Part shown: positions 39,476-53,900 of the stretch, piece by piece | Layout: every line of letters starts with the position of its first letter | How positions within the stretch are numbered: position 1 is the stretch's first letter | Assembly (NCBI RefSeq): GCF_018350175.1 | Contig: NC_058368.1 | Coordinates: forward strand, 143,904,001-143,968,000 | Direction: 5' to 3' | From: Felis catus | Taxonomy: Eukaryota | Length of the DNA: 64,000 nucleotides | The notes under the pieces: model-generated | What the model was told of the DNA's origin: nothing | Database searches by the model: none | The model's input: only the letters and a program-made list of their open reading frames with translations | Translations under genes and position numbers: made by a program

Positions 39476-42400
39476 TTCCTCTCTTAAAAACAAATATTTA
39501 TGTAAATCAGGCAAATCAACATTACAGTCACTATTCAACTTTATTATGAACTTTAAAAACCATTTCTGAAAACAGCTCATTTCTGTTCTTCTGCATACCG
39601 AGGAAAATTATTCTGACTTTGGTTTTTAAACTCAACCCAAAAAACTTTCCATATTCTGATTTCAAGTAAACACTTTCAGAGAGGCTTGAGGTTGAGGGGG
39701 GAGGGGAAGACAAAAGAGAAATCAGGCAACCTTTTCAGTTTTCCATGTTAATCCGTTGTAATTAATTTCCTGAGGGGAAGAACAAGAGGTCAGCCCACTT
39801 CTTCAAATAAGAACACTTGGGCAGCTCCTGGCTGGCTCATTCAATCAAGCCTGGGACTCTTGATCTTGGGGTTGTAAATTCGAGCCCCAAGTTGGGTGTA
39901 AAGATTACTTAAAAATTAAATTAAAAAAAAACACTTTATGCAGTATTATCTTTTTAATGTGTATCTAAAGACACTACTGCTGATTTCTTTTTTTTTCTGT
40001 TGGTTTCGTTTACATCCCCTTTATATGATACTTCCTTTGAAGGTAGCCTCTTAGGAGGTAACTGGTTTTAAAAGACCCACAGAGAGTTAAATGCCTGTGA
40101 AACCACCTCGTTTCTTGAAAATCAATAAAAGGCTTTCATTGAGGGTTTCAGTTGAAAGATGTTTACATTGTTCTGTGAAGGATGGAAAAGTGGAAGGTGA
40201 TTCCTGAGGTTTCACAGAAAGAGAATCCAGTTTATTTATTGGTAATTGTATTTCGGTTACAGAAACATGTTTTTGATTCGACAATAGAATTTTAAATGGC
40301 TAAGAAAAGATGGTAAGAAAATATTCAAAACGACTTCATTTTTGTTTCCCGCTTTAAAGCAAAAGAGGAAAACACCCAATGAAGAAAATCGGTGACTCTG
40401 AAACTCATGACAAGTTTAGGAACGATTGCTTGAAGGTTTTTTTAAGAATGCATTTTTAAAAGTACACTTTTATTGAACTGACATCAATCATTTTGAATTT
40501 TTTTGTGTTTTTTCCCATGCCATTTGTACAAATCGGAGACAAAATTAAACATTCTTATTTTTTTTGTTTTATTTTTAAAAAGAAGTGGCTTCTATTCCAT
40601 AACCCGACTGCATTTTCTGAAGAAGCAAATTGAGTCTTAGGAATATTCATTTCTCATCCACCAGTCAAAGTATGATATCTGAAATGGGGATGTTTGATTT
40701 GAGCTGCGGTAAACTGAGGTAGGAAAAAGACAACAATTTTTTTTTTTCTGAGAAATGGGATCAATTAATAGAAAACTCAGAGTTAAAGCAATGTTATAGA
40801 CTTGAGGGTGGAGGGAGAGTGACAAGGCAAGTAGCAGGGAAGCAAAAGATTGGCCATTTATTTAGTGGAGAAAATGCTTAACTGAAATCTCTCCCCAGGA
40901 AAACCTTAGATACCAATTTATGAAAGGCTCATGCTGTTGTCAACCTCCAGATTTACCATCTAGTTCCTAAAAGGCTAATGGTGATACTTCGTACCCTCAT
41001 CAAGGAGATAACTTTGGGAGGTTTCTCTTCTAGAAATATAGGTTTTCCTGGTGCCCTTACTTTTTAATTCCTTTTAAACACAGAGGCTTTGGAAAAGTAG
41101 GAGACAGAGTAAAATGTCTTAGCTTCTACCTTAAAAGTAAGTGAGGCTTAGTGCTTAGATGGAAGAAATACCAACAGGTGTAAAGCCTTCTTAGTTTTGG
41201 GGGCCCCTGGGTGGCTCAGTCAGTTAAGTGTTCATCTTCATTTCAGTCAGGTCATGATCTCAGGGTTCGTGGGATCCTGCCCCTCATTCTGCTAATAGGA
41301 GAGATTCTTGGGATTCTTGTTTGAGATTCTACTTCTCTCTCTCTCTCTCCCCCTCCCGTGCTCTCTCTTTCTCTCAAAATAAATAAACATTAAAAAAAAA
41401 AAAAGCCTTCTTTGCTTTTATGTTTTAAGAATGCCAAACGATGCCTCTAACTATATGCCCACTGCAGCCAGATGCAGGCAGAGAACAGTTTGGGCCCTCA
41501 TCTTCTGTACAAAGCCTGCCACTTCCCTCCCTCAAGCCTTGCTCCATGGGAATCCCGAGAGGAAACAATACCTTAATCTAATTGGAGTTCTCTAACTCTG
41601 GGAATCTTTCACATAGGGAGTGCTTGGAGTCAAACAGTTCTTTGAACATTTATTAGTTCAGATAAGATGAAAATTTTAGGATGTGAACCCCTGTGGCTTC
41701 TGTTTAACCACAGTCAATATTGAGGACCCTGGATTTCAGGGAAAAGACTGAGTCAAAAACTACCACCTTTTGTAGAACAGGAGGCTGGAAGAAAGGAACC
41801 AACCACTTTGCGTCCCACTGATTTCCAAATTTATATATATATTGCCTTATTTCAGCTGAATCCCAAAGCAGGACAAGGGTTCGTAAGAGTACTTCAAAAT
41901 GGAGACAGCTCACACAGTGAAGGTTGCCTTATATTTTTGTTCTGATGAAAAACTTAAAAAAAAATTTTTTTTTTAATGTTTATTTATTTTTGAGAGAGCA
42001 GGAGGGGCAGAGAGAGAGAGGCGGACAGAAGATCCCAAATGGGCTCTGTGCTGACACCACATTGCCTGATGTGGGGATCAAGTTCACAAACCTCAAGATC
42101 ATGACCTGAGCCAAAGTCAGACACTTAACTGAGCAACCCAGGTACCCCCTGATGAAATAATTTTAAAACAAGGGGAGGAGATTAGGGGTTCAAAATGGCA
42201 GACTGAGTGACTACATTTATCTCCTCTCTTTCTCAATATCTACATTTTTTCTCTGAGTTTAGCTTTTTTTTTTTTAAGTTTATTCATTTATTTTGAAAGA
42301 GAATGAGAGAGAATGAGCAGGGGAGGGGCACAGGAGAGGGTGAGAGAATACCAAGCAGGCTCCACACTCAACACAGAGCCTGACTCAGGTCTGGATCTCA

Positions 42401-42479
42401 AGATCTGGAGATCACCACCTGAGCTAATATGAAGAGTTGGATGCTTAACCAACTGAGCTACTCAGGTGCCCTTCTATGA

Positions 42480-44265
42480 CTTTAGTTTTACTTGATTTCA
42501 TATATAAGTGAGATCATACAATATTTGTCTTTCTCTGTCTGACTTATTTCACTTAGCATAATGACTTCAAGGTCCAGTGGCATTGTCACAAATTGTAGGA
42601 TCTCCTTCTTTTTATGGCTGAATAATATTTCATTTTTTATGCATACCATGTCTTCTTTATTCTCCCATCAATAGACACTTAGTTTGTTTCCATGTCTTGG
42701 CTATTGTAAATAATGGTGCAATGAATATGGGGGTGCAAATATCTCTTCTAGGTAGTGGTTTTTCCATTCTGAGGAACTTCCATATTGTTTTCCATTTTGA
42801 CTGCACCAATTTATATTTCTACCAAAAGTGCACAAGGGCACTCTTTTCTTTGCATCCTTGCCAACACTTGTTATCTCTTGTCTTTTTCACAATAGACATA
42901 CTAACTCATTATGGTTTTGGCTTGCATTTCCCTCATGATTAGTGATGCTGAATACCTTTTCATGTACCTTTTATCCATTTGAGGATCTTCTCTGGAAAAA
43001 TGTCTACTCAGGTCCTTCACCCAAGTGTCGTTCCACTTGTTTATTTTTGCTTGTGTTGCTTATGGTTTTGGTGTCATATCCTAAAAATCAACAACAAAAC
43101 CAATGTCAAGGAGAATTTTTCCCTGTTTTCTTCTAGAAGTTTTACAGCTTTTGGTATTATTATGTTTAAGCCTATAATCTGATTTAATATTTGTGGGGGA
43201 TATAAGGGAGAGATCTTATTTCATATTTCTGAATGTGATTATCCAGTTTTCCCAGCACCATTGATTGAAGAGACTATCCATTCCCCATCAAGAATCCTTG
43301 GCTCCCTTGTCAAATATTAGTCAATCGCATATGTGAGGGTTTATTTCAAGGCTCTTGAGTTTGTTCCATTGGTCTACGTTTTTGTTTTTGTTTTTTTTTT
43401 TATGCCAATACCATACTATTTTGAATACTATAGACTTGCAATATAGTTTGAAAAGAAATGTGGTCTCTTCAGTCTTATTTTTCTTACTCAGGATTGCTTT
43501 GACTATTTGAGGTCTTTCAAAATTCCATATGAAATTTAGGATTATTTTTTCTATTACTGTGAAAAATACCATTAGAAATTTGATAGAGTTTGCACTGACT
43601 CTATAGATGGCTTTGGGTAATATGGACATTTTAACAGCATTAACGATTCCAGTCCTTGAACATGGATTATCTTTTCATTTATTTTGTCTTCAACTTTCTT
43701 CATCAAAGCTTTATAACTTTCAGTGTACAAATCTTTTTACCTCCTTCGTTAAATTTACTCCTAAGTATTTTGTTGTTTCTGATGCTATTATAAATGGGGT
43801 TGTTTTCTTTATTTCTTTTTCAGATATTTTGTTGTTAGTGAATTTTCTTTCCTCATCTTCAATACCAAGTCATGAATCAAGTTTCTATATATGCCTGGAT
43901 CTGTTTCCTGGGCTCTTTGTTACATTCCATTTATCTAATTATCTATTCCTGCACTATATTCACTCTTTTAAATTTTATAGCATAAATCTGAATGAGTCTT
44001 GATATCTGAAAAATTAAGTCCTACCACCATAAGTTAAGGAGTATCTTAACTATCTGTGCCCTTTTGCTCTTCCATGTAAATTTGAGAATCGTTTTGTAAA
44101 GTTTCACAAACTGCCTGTTGGAATTTTTACTAGAATTTCATTGAATCTATAGATGATTATGAAGAATTGACATCTTTACATGAGTGACTTTTCTATCCAA
44201 GGACACCATATATATTTCTCTATTTATTTGAATCTCTTTTATTAACTTTCATTAAAATTATATCA
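42480..44265 (-). mobile_element. L1M-type fragments (ORF2 C-terminal half and 3'UTR)
   Basis: ORF 43321-43629, MSILPKAIYRVSANSIK..ILNFIWN..RPQIVKAILSKKNK, is L1 ORF2. Confidence 0.9.
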
Positions 44266-44270
44266 TTTTT

Positions 44271-45176
44271 TGCTCAACATCACTCATCATCAGGGAAATA
44301 CAAATCAAAACCACAAAGAGATACCACCTCACACCTGTCAGAATAGCTAAAAGGAACAACTCAGGCAACAAAAGATGTTGGCGAGGATGCGGAGAAAGAG
44401 GAACCCTTTTGCACTGCTGGTAGGAATGCAGTATGAAGGTTCTTCAACAAATCAAAAATAGAACTACCTTATGACCCAGGAATTGCACTACTAGGTATTT
44501 ATCCACAGGATACAGGTGTGCTGTTTCAAAGGGGCACATACACCCCAGTGTTTAAATTTTTTTTTTTTAACATTTATTTATTTTTGAGACAGAGAGAGAC
44601 AGAGCATGAACAGGGGAGGGGCAGAGAGAGAGGGAGACACAGAATCTGAAACAGGCTCCAGGCTCTGAGCTGTCAGCACAGAGCCCGACGCGGGGCTCGA
44701 ACTCACGGACCGTGAGATCATGACCTGAGCCGGGGTCGGATGCTTAACCGACCGAGCCACCCAGGCGCCCCCACCCCAGTGTTTAGAACAACACTATCAA
44801 CAATAGCCAAAGTATGGAAAAAGCCCAATTGTCCATCGACAGACGAATGGATAAAGATGTGGTATCTACATACAATGCAGTATTACTCGGCAATCAAAAA
44901 AAAAAAAAGATGAAATCTTGCCATTTGCAATAACATGAATGGAACTAGAGTGTATCATCCTAAGTGAAACTAGTCAATCAGAGAAAGACAAATATCATAT
45001 GACTTCACTCATATGCGAAATTTAAGATACAAAACAGATGAACATAAGGGAAAGGAAGCAAAAATAACATGAAAACAGGGAGGGGGCCAAACATAAGAGA
45101 CTCTTAAAAAAATTTTTTTTTTAATGTTTATTTATTTTTGAGAGAGACAGAGACAGAGAGCAAGCAGGGGAGGGGC

Positions 45177-45222
<46 letters not shown>

Positions 45223-45555
45223 ATCCAAAGCAGGCTCCAGGCTCTGAGCTGTTAGCACAGAGCCTTACGCGGGTCTTGAACTCAAGAACTGCAAGGTCAT
45301 GACCTGAGCCGAAGTGGGACGCTTAAGTGACTGAGCCACCCAGGTGGCTGGAGGGGTTAAGAGTGGAGGGAAGGGCTAAACAGACAAAGGGCATTGAGGA
45401 AGACATTTATTGAGATGAGCACTGGCTGATATATGTAGGGGATTAATCACTGGATTCTATCCCTGAAATCATTATTGCCCTACATGCTAACCTACTTGAA
45501 TATAAATTTTAAAAACTAAATGAAATTTCAAAAAATTAATTAAAAAACTAAAAGA
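44271..45555 (+). mobile_element. 5'-truncated carnivore L1 with two inserted SINEs
   Basis: ORF2 C-terminus ([20 protein letters not shown]), 3'UTR and A-rich tail; TSD core ATATCATTTTT on both sides. Confidence 0.88.
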
Positions 45556-46197
45556 TATCATTTTTACATAGGTTTTACACAGTTTTTTAAAACATATTCT
45601 TAAAAATAATATCATTTTTACATAGGTTTTGCAGTTTTTTAAAAAATATTCTTGCACAGTTTTTGTTAAACATATTTTACATTTTTGTTAAACATTAATA
45701 TAAACATATTAAACATGTATTTGTTAGTGTTATTGCAAGCAATGTATTTTTATGTTTTTTATAATATATATTTTAAAGTTTATTTACTTATTTTGAGAGA
45801 GAGAGAGAACACACAAGCAGGGGGCGGGCAGAGACAGGGAGAGAGAGAATCCCAAGCAGGCTCTGCACTTTCAGGGCAGAGTCCAATGTGGGACTCAAAC
45901 TCATGAACCACGAAAACATGACCTGAGTGGAAATGAAGAGTAGGATGCTCAACCGAGCCACTCAGACACCCCTATATTTTTATTTTTAATTATGAGATAC
46001 AAAATAGCTACAACAAATAAATGAACATATATGTATACTGTAAAGAATAGGACACCCGGGTGGCTCAGTCAGTTAAACATCCGACTCTTGATTGAGGATG
46101 AGGTTGTGATCTCACCATCGATCAAACCCACCTTGGCTCTTCACTGACAGCATGGAGCCTACTTGGGATTCTCTTTCTTTCCCTCTGCCCCTCCTCT

Positions 46198-46246
<49 letters not shown>

Positions 46247-46872
46247 ATAAATAAACATTAAAAAAATTATTTTAAAAAGGAATAATTAAAAGCCATCACT
46301 CATGCACTCATGTAAATTCCATCTGGATGAATAAATATAACCCTGCTTGTAGTATAAAAGCCTCCGTTGTGTCCCCTCTCTATCACATCCTTCTTTCTCC
46401 ACCCTGAAGATAATTATATTCTGTCTTTGTATAGTTTTACTACCAATGTACATACATCCAACTAGTTTAGTTTTGCCTATTTTTGAAGCTTGTGCAAATG
46501 GTATCATATTGTTCGTGTTATAGACTTATCTTAGTCATTGCCATTTTATAAGATTCATCCATTTTTTTTTAATGTTTATTTATTTTTGGGAAAGAAAGAG
46601 CACAAGTAGGGGAGGGGCAGAGACAGAGGGAGACACAGAATCTGAAGTAGGCTCCAGGTTCTGAGCTGTCAGCACAGAGCCTGATGCAGGGCTCAAACTC
46701 ATGAACTGTGAGATCATGACCCGAGCTGAAGTTTGATGCTCAACTAACTGAGCAACCCAGGAGCCCCAGATTCATCCACTTTATTGCAGCTGGCTGTTTT
46801 CATTCCTTTTCATCAATGTGTATTACATTATTTGAATATACTACAATTTGCTTATCTATATTCCACTTATCT

Positions 46873-47657
46873 TGTAACTGAACTAATGTAAGTTCACTCT
46901 TTGGTGAGTTAGAGATAGAGAGATTACAGGCAGAGTTGTCACACAAAGAAAACTTAATTTGCAGCAAACAAGGAGACCATAGGGAACAATTTCCAAAGCC
47001 ATGACTCCCCAGATGGGGTAAGTGGGTTTCTTTCATTTAGGGTTGGAGTGAATCTTCAGAAAGGGAACTTTTAACAACTCAAAGATAAAAAGAGAGCCTG
47101 ACTTAAAAATGGCTGAAGGATTGGTAATGGGACAGATGGTAGCTATATTTGTGAGCATAGTATATTATGTAAACTTGTCAATCACTAAGTTGTACTTTTG
47201 AAACTAACGGAACATTGTGTGTCAACTATCCGCAAATAAAAAATAAATATATACATATAAAAACAAAAAACGAAAAAAAAAGGAAGGGGAGTTTTATCAT
47301 CACATATAAAGGCAAGTGTAGGGTTCTGCAGGCTTACTTGGATAACATGCCTATCCATGTATCCTATGTTATATTAATGAAGTTTGTGCTGCTCCTGGGG
47401 CAGAGATTTTAACATTGTAATGAGGTAGCAGTAATTATTGAACATTCCAAGGTTCCATCTGTGCAGGTGTGTGTCACTGGTTCAGCTCAAACTGGTTCAG
47501 GCCAGCAGGAGCTGTTGTCTGCTTCTAAAAGATAAGGTTAACATTCCTGTGAAGAAAAGGGGGCTGGAAGCAGAGGGGGGGGGTGGGGAGGTAGGGGGGT
47601 CAGTGGAGGTTTTCCTGGTGATAGTTTTGACCTCATTAACCCTGGGGCATGGTTTCA
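46873..47657 (-). mobile_element. Probable solo LTR inserted in an old L1; itself holds a short L1 3' end (about 47070-47281)
   Basis: TGTAAC...TTTCA termini interrupt a continuous L1M-like sequence. The inner L1 tail is flanked by the imperfect TSD GAAAGGGAACTTTTA / GAAGGGGAGTTTTA. Confidence 0.55.
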
Positions 47658-47966
47658 GTATTTCAGTATGTATCTTGCTTCTAGCTTTTGGTTATTTAAA
47701 TTTTTTTTTTTAACATTTTTATTTATTTTTGAGACAGAGAGAGACAGAGCATGAACGGGGGAGGGGCAGAGAGAGAGGGAGACACAGAATCGGAAGCAGG
47801 CTCCAGGCTCTGAGCCATCAGCCCAGAGCCCGACTCAGGGCTCGAACCCACGGACGGTGAGATCGTGACCTGAGCCCAAGCCGGACGCTTAACCGACTGA
47901 GCCACCCAGGCGCCCCAACTTTTGGTTATTTAAAACAATGTTGCGATAAAAATGCATGCTCATAAG

Positions 47967-48001
<35 letters not shown>

Positions 48002-48010
<9 letters not shown>

Positions 48011-48235
48011 TTTTTGGATTCAATTGTCTTTATTAACCTATCAATGTTACATTTTATACATAATACCTAGTTGTCTTCTCAAAGGGATCTACTTTAGTAC
48101 ATCATGTTAAAAATAAAAAGCCAAGTAAGATGGCTAAACTTCAACCTAGCGTTTTAATATCCTCCGGACAAGGCAAGCTAGAAAGTCAATCACTTTACAC
48201 ACGTCAGAGTAGTGTTCCAAAATAACTATTTCATA
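48002..48235 (-). pseudogene. Probable retroposed mRNA 3' end (polyadenylated fragment), source unknown
   Basis: The minus strand reads ...AATAAAGACAATTGAATCC followed by poly(A), with TTTATT at 48029-48034. It is unique sequence that interrupts an old L1. Confidence 0.55.
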
Positions 48236-49056
48236 TAGTTATATATATTTATATAGTATATAATATATATATAGTATGTATACTATATATACTATATATA
48301 CTACTATATATACTACTATATATAGTATATATATATAGTGTATATATATAGTGTATATATATACTATATATATACACTATATATATATAGTATATATAGT
48401 ATATATAGTATATATAGTATATATATATAGTATATACTATATATACTGTATATATAGTATATATAGTAGTATATATAGTATATATAGTATATATAGTATA
48501 TATGCTATATATAGTATATATAGTATATATAGTATAGTATAGTAGTATATATATATAGTATATATAGTATATATAGTATATATAGTATATATAGTATATA
48601 TAGTATATATAGTATATATAGTATAGTATAGTATATATATAGTATACTATATATACTATATATACTATAGTATAGTATACTATATATACTACTATATATA
48701 CTATATATACTACTATACTACTAGTATATATACTACTAGTATATATACTATATATACTATATACTATATACTATATATATACTATATACTATACTATACT
48801 ATATACTATACTATACTATTTACTATATATATACTATATACTATATACTATATGTATATATAGTATATATATATACTATATATATAGTATATATAGTATA
48901 TATTATATATATATTATATATATATTATAGTAATAATATAATATAGTATAATATAATATATATTATAGTATATATTATAGTATATAGTATACTATATACT
49001 ATATATACTATACAGTATAGTATAGTATAGTATAGTATAGAAAATATAGTATATAT
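48232..49056. repeat. Complex (TA)n-derived satellite (TATATAG / CTATATA / TATAG units in both orientations)
   Basis: About 820 bp made almost entirely of TA, TAG and CTA units. Confidence 0.95.
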
Positions 49057-49479
49057 TTCTGGTACACGTGTACAAATATTTTTCTAGGTCAACAGTTTTA
49101 AAATGTGGTCTGAGGGCCCCTGGGAGTCCTCTTGGGAGATCATCCCTTTTCCAAACACACATCTGTGTGAGTCCAAATTTCCTTCATATCCTTCAACCAA
49201 AAGAGTGTATCACAACATATTGGAAGCAGGAGTTATGAGGATCTAGCTGTCTTCTATTTTTTTCTTAATGTTGATTTATTTATTTTGAGAGAGAGAGAGC
49301 ACCCATGGGAGGGGTAGAGAGAGAAGGAGAGAATCCCAAGCAAGCTCGGTACCATCAGCACAGAGCCCAACATGGGGCTTGATCTCACAATCAGTGAGAT
49401 GATGACCTGAGCTGAAATCAAGAGTCAGACATTTAACCGATTGAGCCACCCAGGTGTCCCAATAAGAATATGTCTTTTT

Positions 49480-50045
49480 AAACAATAGCCAAGATATGGC
49501 AGTAACCTGTCTATTGATAGATGAATGGATAAGGAAGATGTGGTATATAAGTATGGTAGAATATTACACAACCCTAGAAATGGATGAGATTATGCCATTA
49601 CAACACAGATGGACCTAGAGGATATTACACTAAGTGCAACAAGTCAGACTGAGAAAGACAAGTACCATATAATTTCATTCATATGTTAATTCTAAGAAAA
49701 CAAATGAAAAAACAAACAAAAAAACAGAATTAGACATCATAATTACAGAGAGCAAACCAATGGTTGCCAGAGGAGAGAGGGGTGGGGATATGGGCAAAAT
49801 GGGTGAAGGCAAGTGGGAGATACAGGATTCAAATCATGGAATGAAGAAGTCACAGGAACAAAAGTTACAGCATAAAGAAAATAGTCAATGGTACTATAAT
49901 AGCACCGTATTATAGCATTGTAGCTGTGACTAACAGCTACACTTATGGTGAGCATAGCATAACATATGAAGAAGTTGAGTCACTATGTGTATTCCTGAAG
50001 CTAATGTAACACTGTGTATCAACTATACTCAAGTAAAAAAAAAAT
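49480..50045 (+). mobile_element. L1 3' end
   Basis: GATGAATGGATAAGGAAGATGTGGTATAT ... TATCAACTATACTCAAG followed by an A tail. Confidence 0.85.
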
Positions 50046-50484
50046 AATGCATCATTTTTGGTAATACGCAATAGGTTTGTTGTTATTTATTTATTTATTT
50101 ATTTATGTTAGAAAGAGAGAGCACATGAGTGGGGGAGAGGGGCAGAGGGAGAGAGAGCATCTTAATCAGGTTCCATGCTCAGTGCAGAGCCTGACACAGG
50201 CAGGGCTCAATCCCATGACCCTAGGATCATGACCTGAGTCATAATCAAGAGTGGGATGCTCAACTGACTGAGCCAACCAGGAGCCCCAGGTTTATTGTTT
50301 TAAAAATTGGATTACCTGGATATTTAAATTTTTTCTTTTTCTTTTTTTTTCAATTTTGTTACTTTTAAGTAAACTGTGCACCCACATGAGGCTTGAACTC
50401 ATGACCTCCAGATTAAGTCACATGCTCCATCGACTGAGACAGCCAGGCACCCCTAATTTTTTTCTGTTTTAATTACTGATACTA

Positions 50485-50948
50485 TTTTGGGGACCAAGAG
50501 TTCCTCTCCCCTCAAAAGTCCTTCTAGCTGGACTAAGAATCAAGTTGACATGAGACAGATTAACAGGAGAAAATATGGGGGAATCCACATAGACACGGAA
50601 ATTCCAAAGACAGGCAAAATGAGGCATAAATGTCATTCTGACCTAAAGAAAAGGGTGTATAGGTCTGGGACTTCAGAAGAAAGGAATGCACTTCACAGGA
50701 CAGTAAGAAGAGCAAAAATTTGGTAATTAGATGTTTGCTCTGCCATACGGATGGGCCACTCAGAAGAAATTTATCTGTTAATAATCCTTATTCTGGGAAA
50801 GTCCCCCCAGTTCAGATTCTTCTGTGTGGTTAAGGGAGGACAAAATTTTCTCTTGAGCCCACAAGGTTTCAAGTGCCTTCAGCTCAAAATAATGCATGTG
50901 CTAAAGTGGCACATTCCGTGGTGGTGGTGGTCGGGGTGGTACCCCTCA
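50485..50948 (-). mobile_element. MER34-like ERV1 solo LTR
   Basis: Reverse complement of the same motifs (AGCTGGACTAAG..TGAGACAGATTAACAGGAG; AGCTCAAAATAAT). Confidence 0.7.
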
Positions 50949-53900
50949 CTGAAAATAGATTTAACCCACAGGGGCGCCTGGGTGGCTCAGTCGGTTAAGC
51001 GTCCGACTTCGGCTCAGGTCATTATCTCACGGTCTGTGAGTTCGAGCCCCGTGTTGGGCTCTGTGCTGACAGCTCGGAGCCTGGAGCCTGCTTCAGATTC
51101 TGTGTCTCCCTCTCTCTCTGACCCTCCCCTGTTCATGCTCTGTCTCTCTCTGTCTCAAAAATAAATAAACATTAAAAAAAAATGCTATGTGGTGCCCTCG
51201 ATTATTTGTAAGAGTGCAAAAGGGTCCTGAGACCAAAAAGTTTGAGAATTGATGCTTTTGGGCATGATCTTCAAACTGTGTGCACTGTCCAGGGAGAAAA
51301 AGGTACAGATAGATTTAAAGGAGTCTATTTCCTATGTTCTAGCTTCCTATAGTTCTCCTTTCCTGCCTTCCCATTCACAATACTATACCTCACTGGTTCT
51401 AAGATACTCTTTCTGCCCCCTCCACAACTTAATACTATTTTTGGAATTGTTGCATGTTACCATCTGTATGGCGGTCTTGCCATAGTGGTCTTTGCCTGGT
51501 ACCTTCTGTTCAAAACAAGAAAGTGTCAGCATCAAAACTTAAATAGATGTCAGCAGCTTACAGGAAAACCCTCCTGAGAACAGAATGAAGCAGGTTTTTA
51601 GGAAATGACGCTTCACCGATGTTCATGATGCCCCTGAGACAATGTATAGAAAAACAAAGAAACAAACAAACAAACAAAAGACATTGACTCTGAGTGAAAC
51701 AGTGATTCATATGAGCCACCCTGATATGAAGACAGTTTAAAAAATACTTAACCTATTTATTTTAGAAGGCTAAAAAAAAAAACTCGTGCCAATAAGTTTT
51801 TTAAACCTCCTTTAATAATTAAACATTTCAATTTTGTATTACTCATAATTGTAATTTATAAGACTTAGAGCCTTAGGTTCAGAGGAAATTAAATAAAATG
51901 AAAATTTCAAGTTATACACATTTTTGTTGCAAAGAATTATGACAAGTGATATAAAAAACTTTCAAGAATAAATATGTATTTCATTCGGCTAAAACTCTGG
52001 GTGTGGGGGGAAATGTATTGAAAACATCAGTTCAAGGAAAAGAAGGAGTGATACAAATGTGTATTTTTTAAATGGAGGTTGATGCATATCAAAATCACTG
52101 CAGTATTTAAATACCATTGGAGACATTTTTAAAAAATGATGTAACAGATTTATGTCAACATGCCAACATGCAGGAATTATAATCTATGTACCTAAATGAA
52201 ATTTGCTGAGGAAGCTTGTCAAAGTAGAAATGTGTAAGGTAGTACATACTTTTAAAAAACTTTAAAAAAATTTTTTTTTAACATTTTAATTTATTTTTGA
52301 GAGACGGAGAGAGACATAGCACGAGTAGGGGAGGAACAGAGAGAGAGACACACACACAGAATCTGAAGCAGGCTCCAGGCTCCGAACTGTCAACACAGAG
52401 CCCCACGCGGGGCTTGGACTCATCAACCGTGAGATCATGACTTGAGCCAAAGTCCGACTCCTAACCGACTGAGCCACCCAGGTGCCCCCATACTTTTAAA
52501 AAACTTTTATGAGTATACTAGCAAAAAGTTTTGAAGATTGCTAATCCAGAACATGGACAAACATGGGAATGTTCATAGGATTCAACCCAGTGATAGGAAA
52601 GAAGGGCATACATCTGAAACTGTGGAATTCAGCAGGTTTGGAAGGGCTCCAAGAACATTTTTTAATTTTTACTGGGACCAGAATAGAGTCCGTAAACCAG
52701 CAGTTACATCCCAGATAAAGTAACTCTTTAAACCACTCCAACTCAGACCAGCCCTGTGCCCTTGAGCCCAGGGTGATTGCAAATCTGGAAGGCAGAAAGG
52801 CCAGCTTGCTCAAGGGCAAGGCCCTGAGTCACAGATAATAGCAAGTAATATGAGACTGCTTTTAGGATAAATGAGAAGAGGAATTGAGGAATGCTGAAGG
52901 CTGGATTGAGGTTGAATTGAGGCCTATTTGAAATAAGAGCTCTGACTGGCATACCCAGGAAAAGAGATAATTCAAGAAATATTTAAATTTTATCAGGCTT
53001 CTCTCATAAACACATACACAAACACACAATTTTTTTCTCCTTTCTTTTTTATTTATTTATTTTGAGAGAGACAGAGAGAGAGAGAGCGCGCACGCACATG
53101 CATGCACGACCCTGGGATCATGACCTGAGCCAAAGTCAAGAGTCGGACATACGCTCAACTGACTAAGCCACCCAGGCATCCCATCTGGATTACTTTGGCA
53201 TGAAGACAAAAGTAATTCACTTCATCTCCTTCCACTACTTCCGTCATTAATTATGGCTTCCTTTTCAAGGCACTTAATCTTGGCTGAAGCTTAGAAGATC
53301 CTAGGGCTGGGATCTTCTTCTTTTAAGAGTAATAATCCCTCTTGGGGTTCCTGGCTGACTCAGTCAGTGGAGCATTCAGCTCTTGATCTCAGGGTTGTGA
53401 GTTCGAGTCCCATATTGGATGCAGGATTACTTAAAAATAATATCCTTTTTTTAAATGTTTAATTATTTGAGTGTGTGTGTGTGTGTGCGTGTGTGTGTGT
53501 GAGCAGGGGAGAGGCAGAGAGAGAGGGAGACAGAATCCAAAGCAGGCTCTAGGCTTTGAGCTGTCAGCATAGAGCCCAATGTGGGGATAGAACCCACCAA
53601 CCATGAGATCATGACCTGAGCTTAAGTCAGATGCCCAACTGACTGAGTCACCCAGGTCCCCCTTAAAAAATATCTTAAAAAAAAGAAAGAATAAGGGGAG
53701 CCTGGGTGGCTCAGTCAGTTAGGCGTCCGACTTCAGCTCAGGTCATGATGTCACAGCTCGTAGGTTTGAACCCCGCATCAGGCTCTTTGCTGACAGCTCA
53801 GAGCCTGGAGCCTGCTTCAGATTCTGTGTGTCCCTCTCTCTGCCCCTCCCCTGCTCATGCTCTGTCTCCCTCTATCTCTCTCAAAATAAATAAACATTAA

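Larger units (their letters stand above)
49090..52545. mobile_element. hAT-Charlie relics fragmented by SINE, L1 and LTR insertions
   Basis: Charlie-like ends (AAAATGTGGTC..CCCCTGGG at about 49100, GGGTCCTGAGACCAAAAAGTTTGAGAA at about 51222, AAAAAGTTTTGAAGA at about 52523). Confidence 0.5.

Noticed and set aside
48351..48542. Tyr/Ile/Ser-rich ORF
   Set aside because: Translation of the TA satellite.
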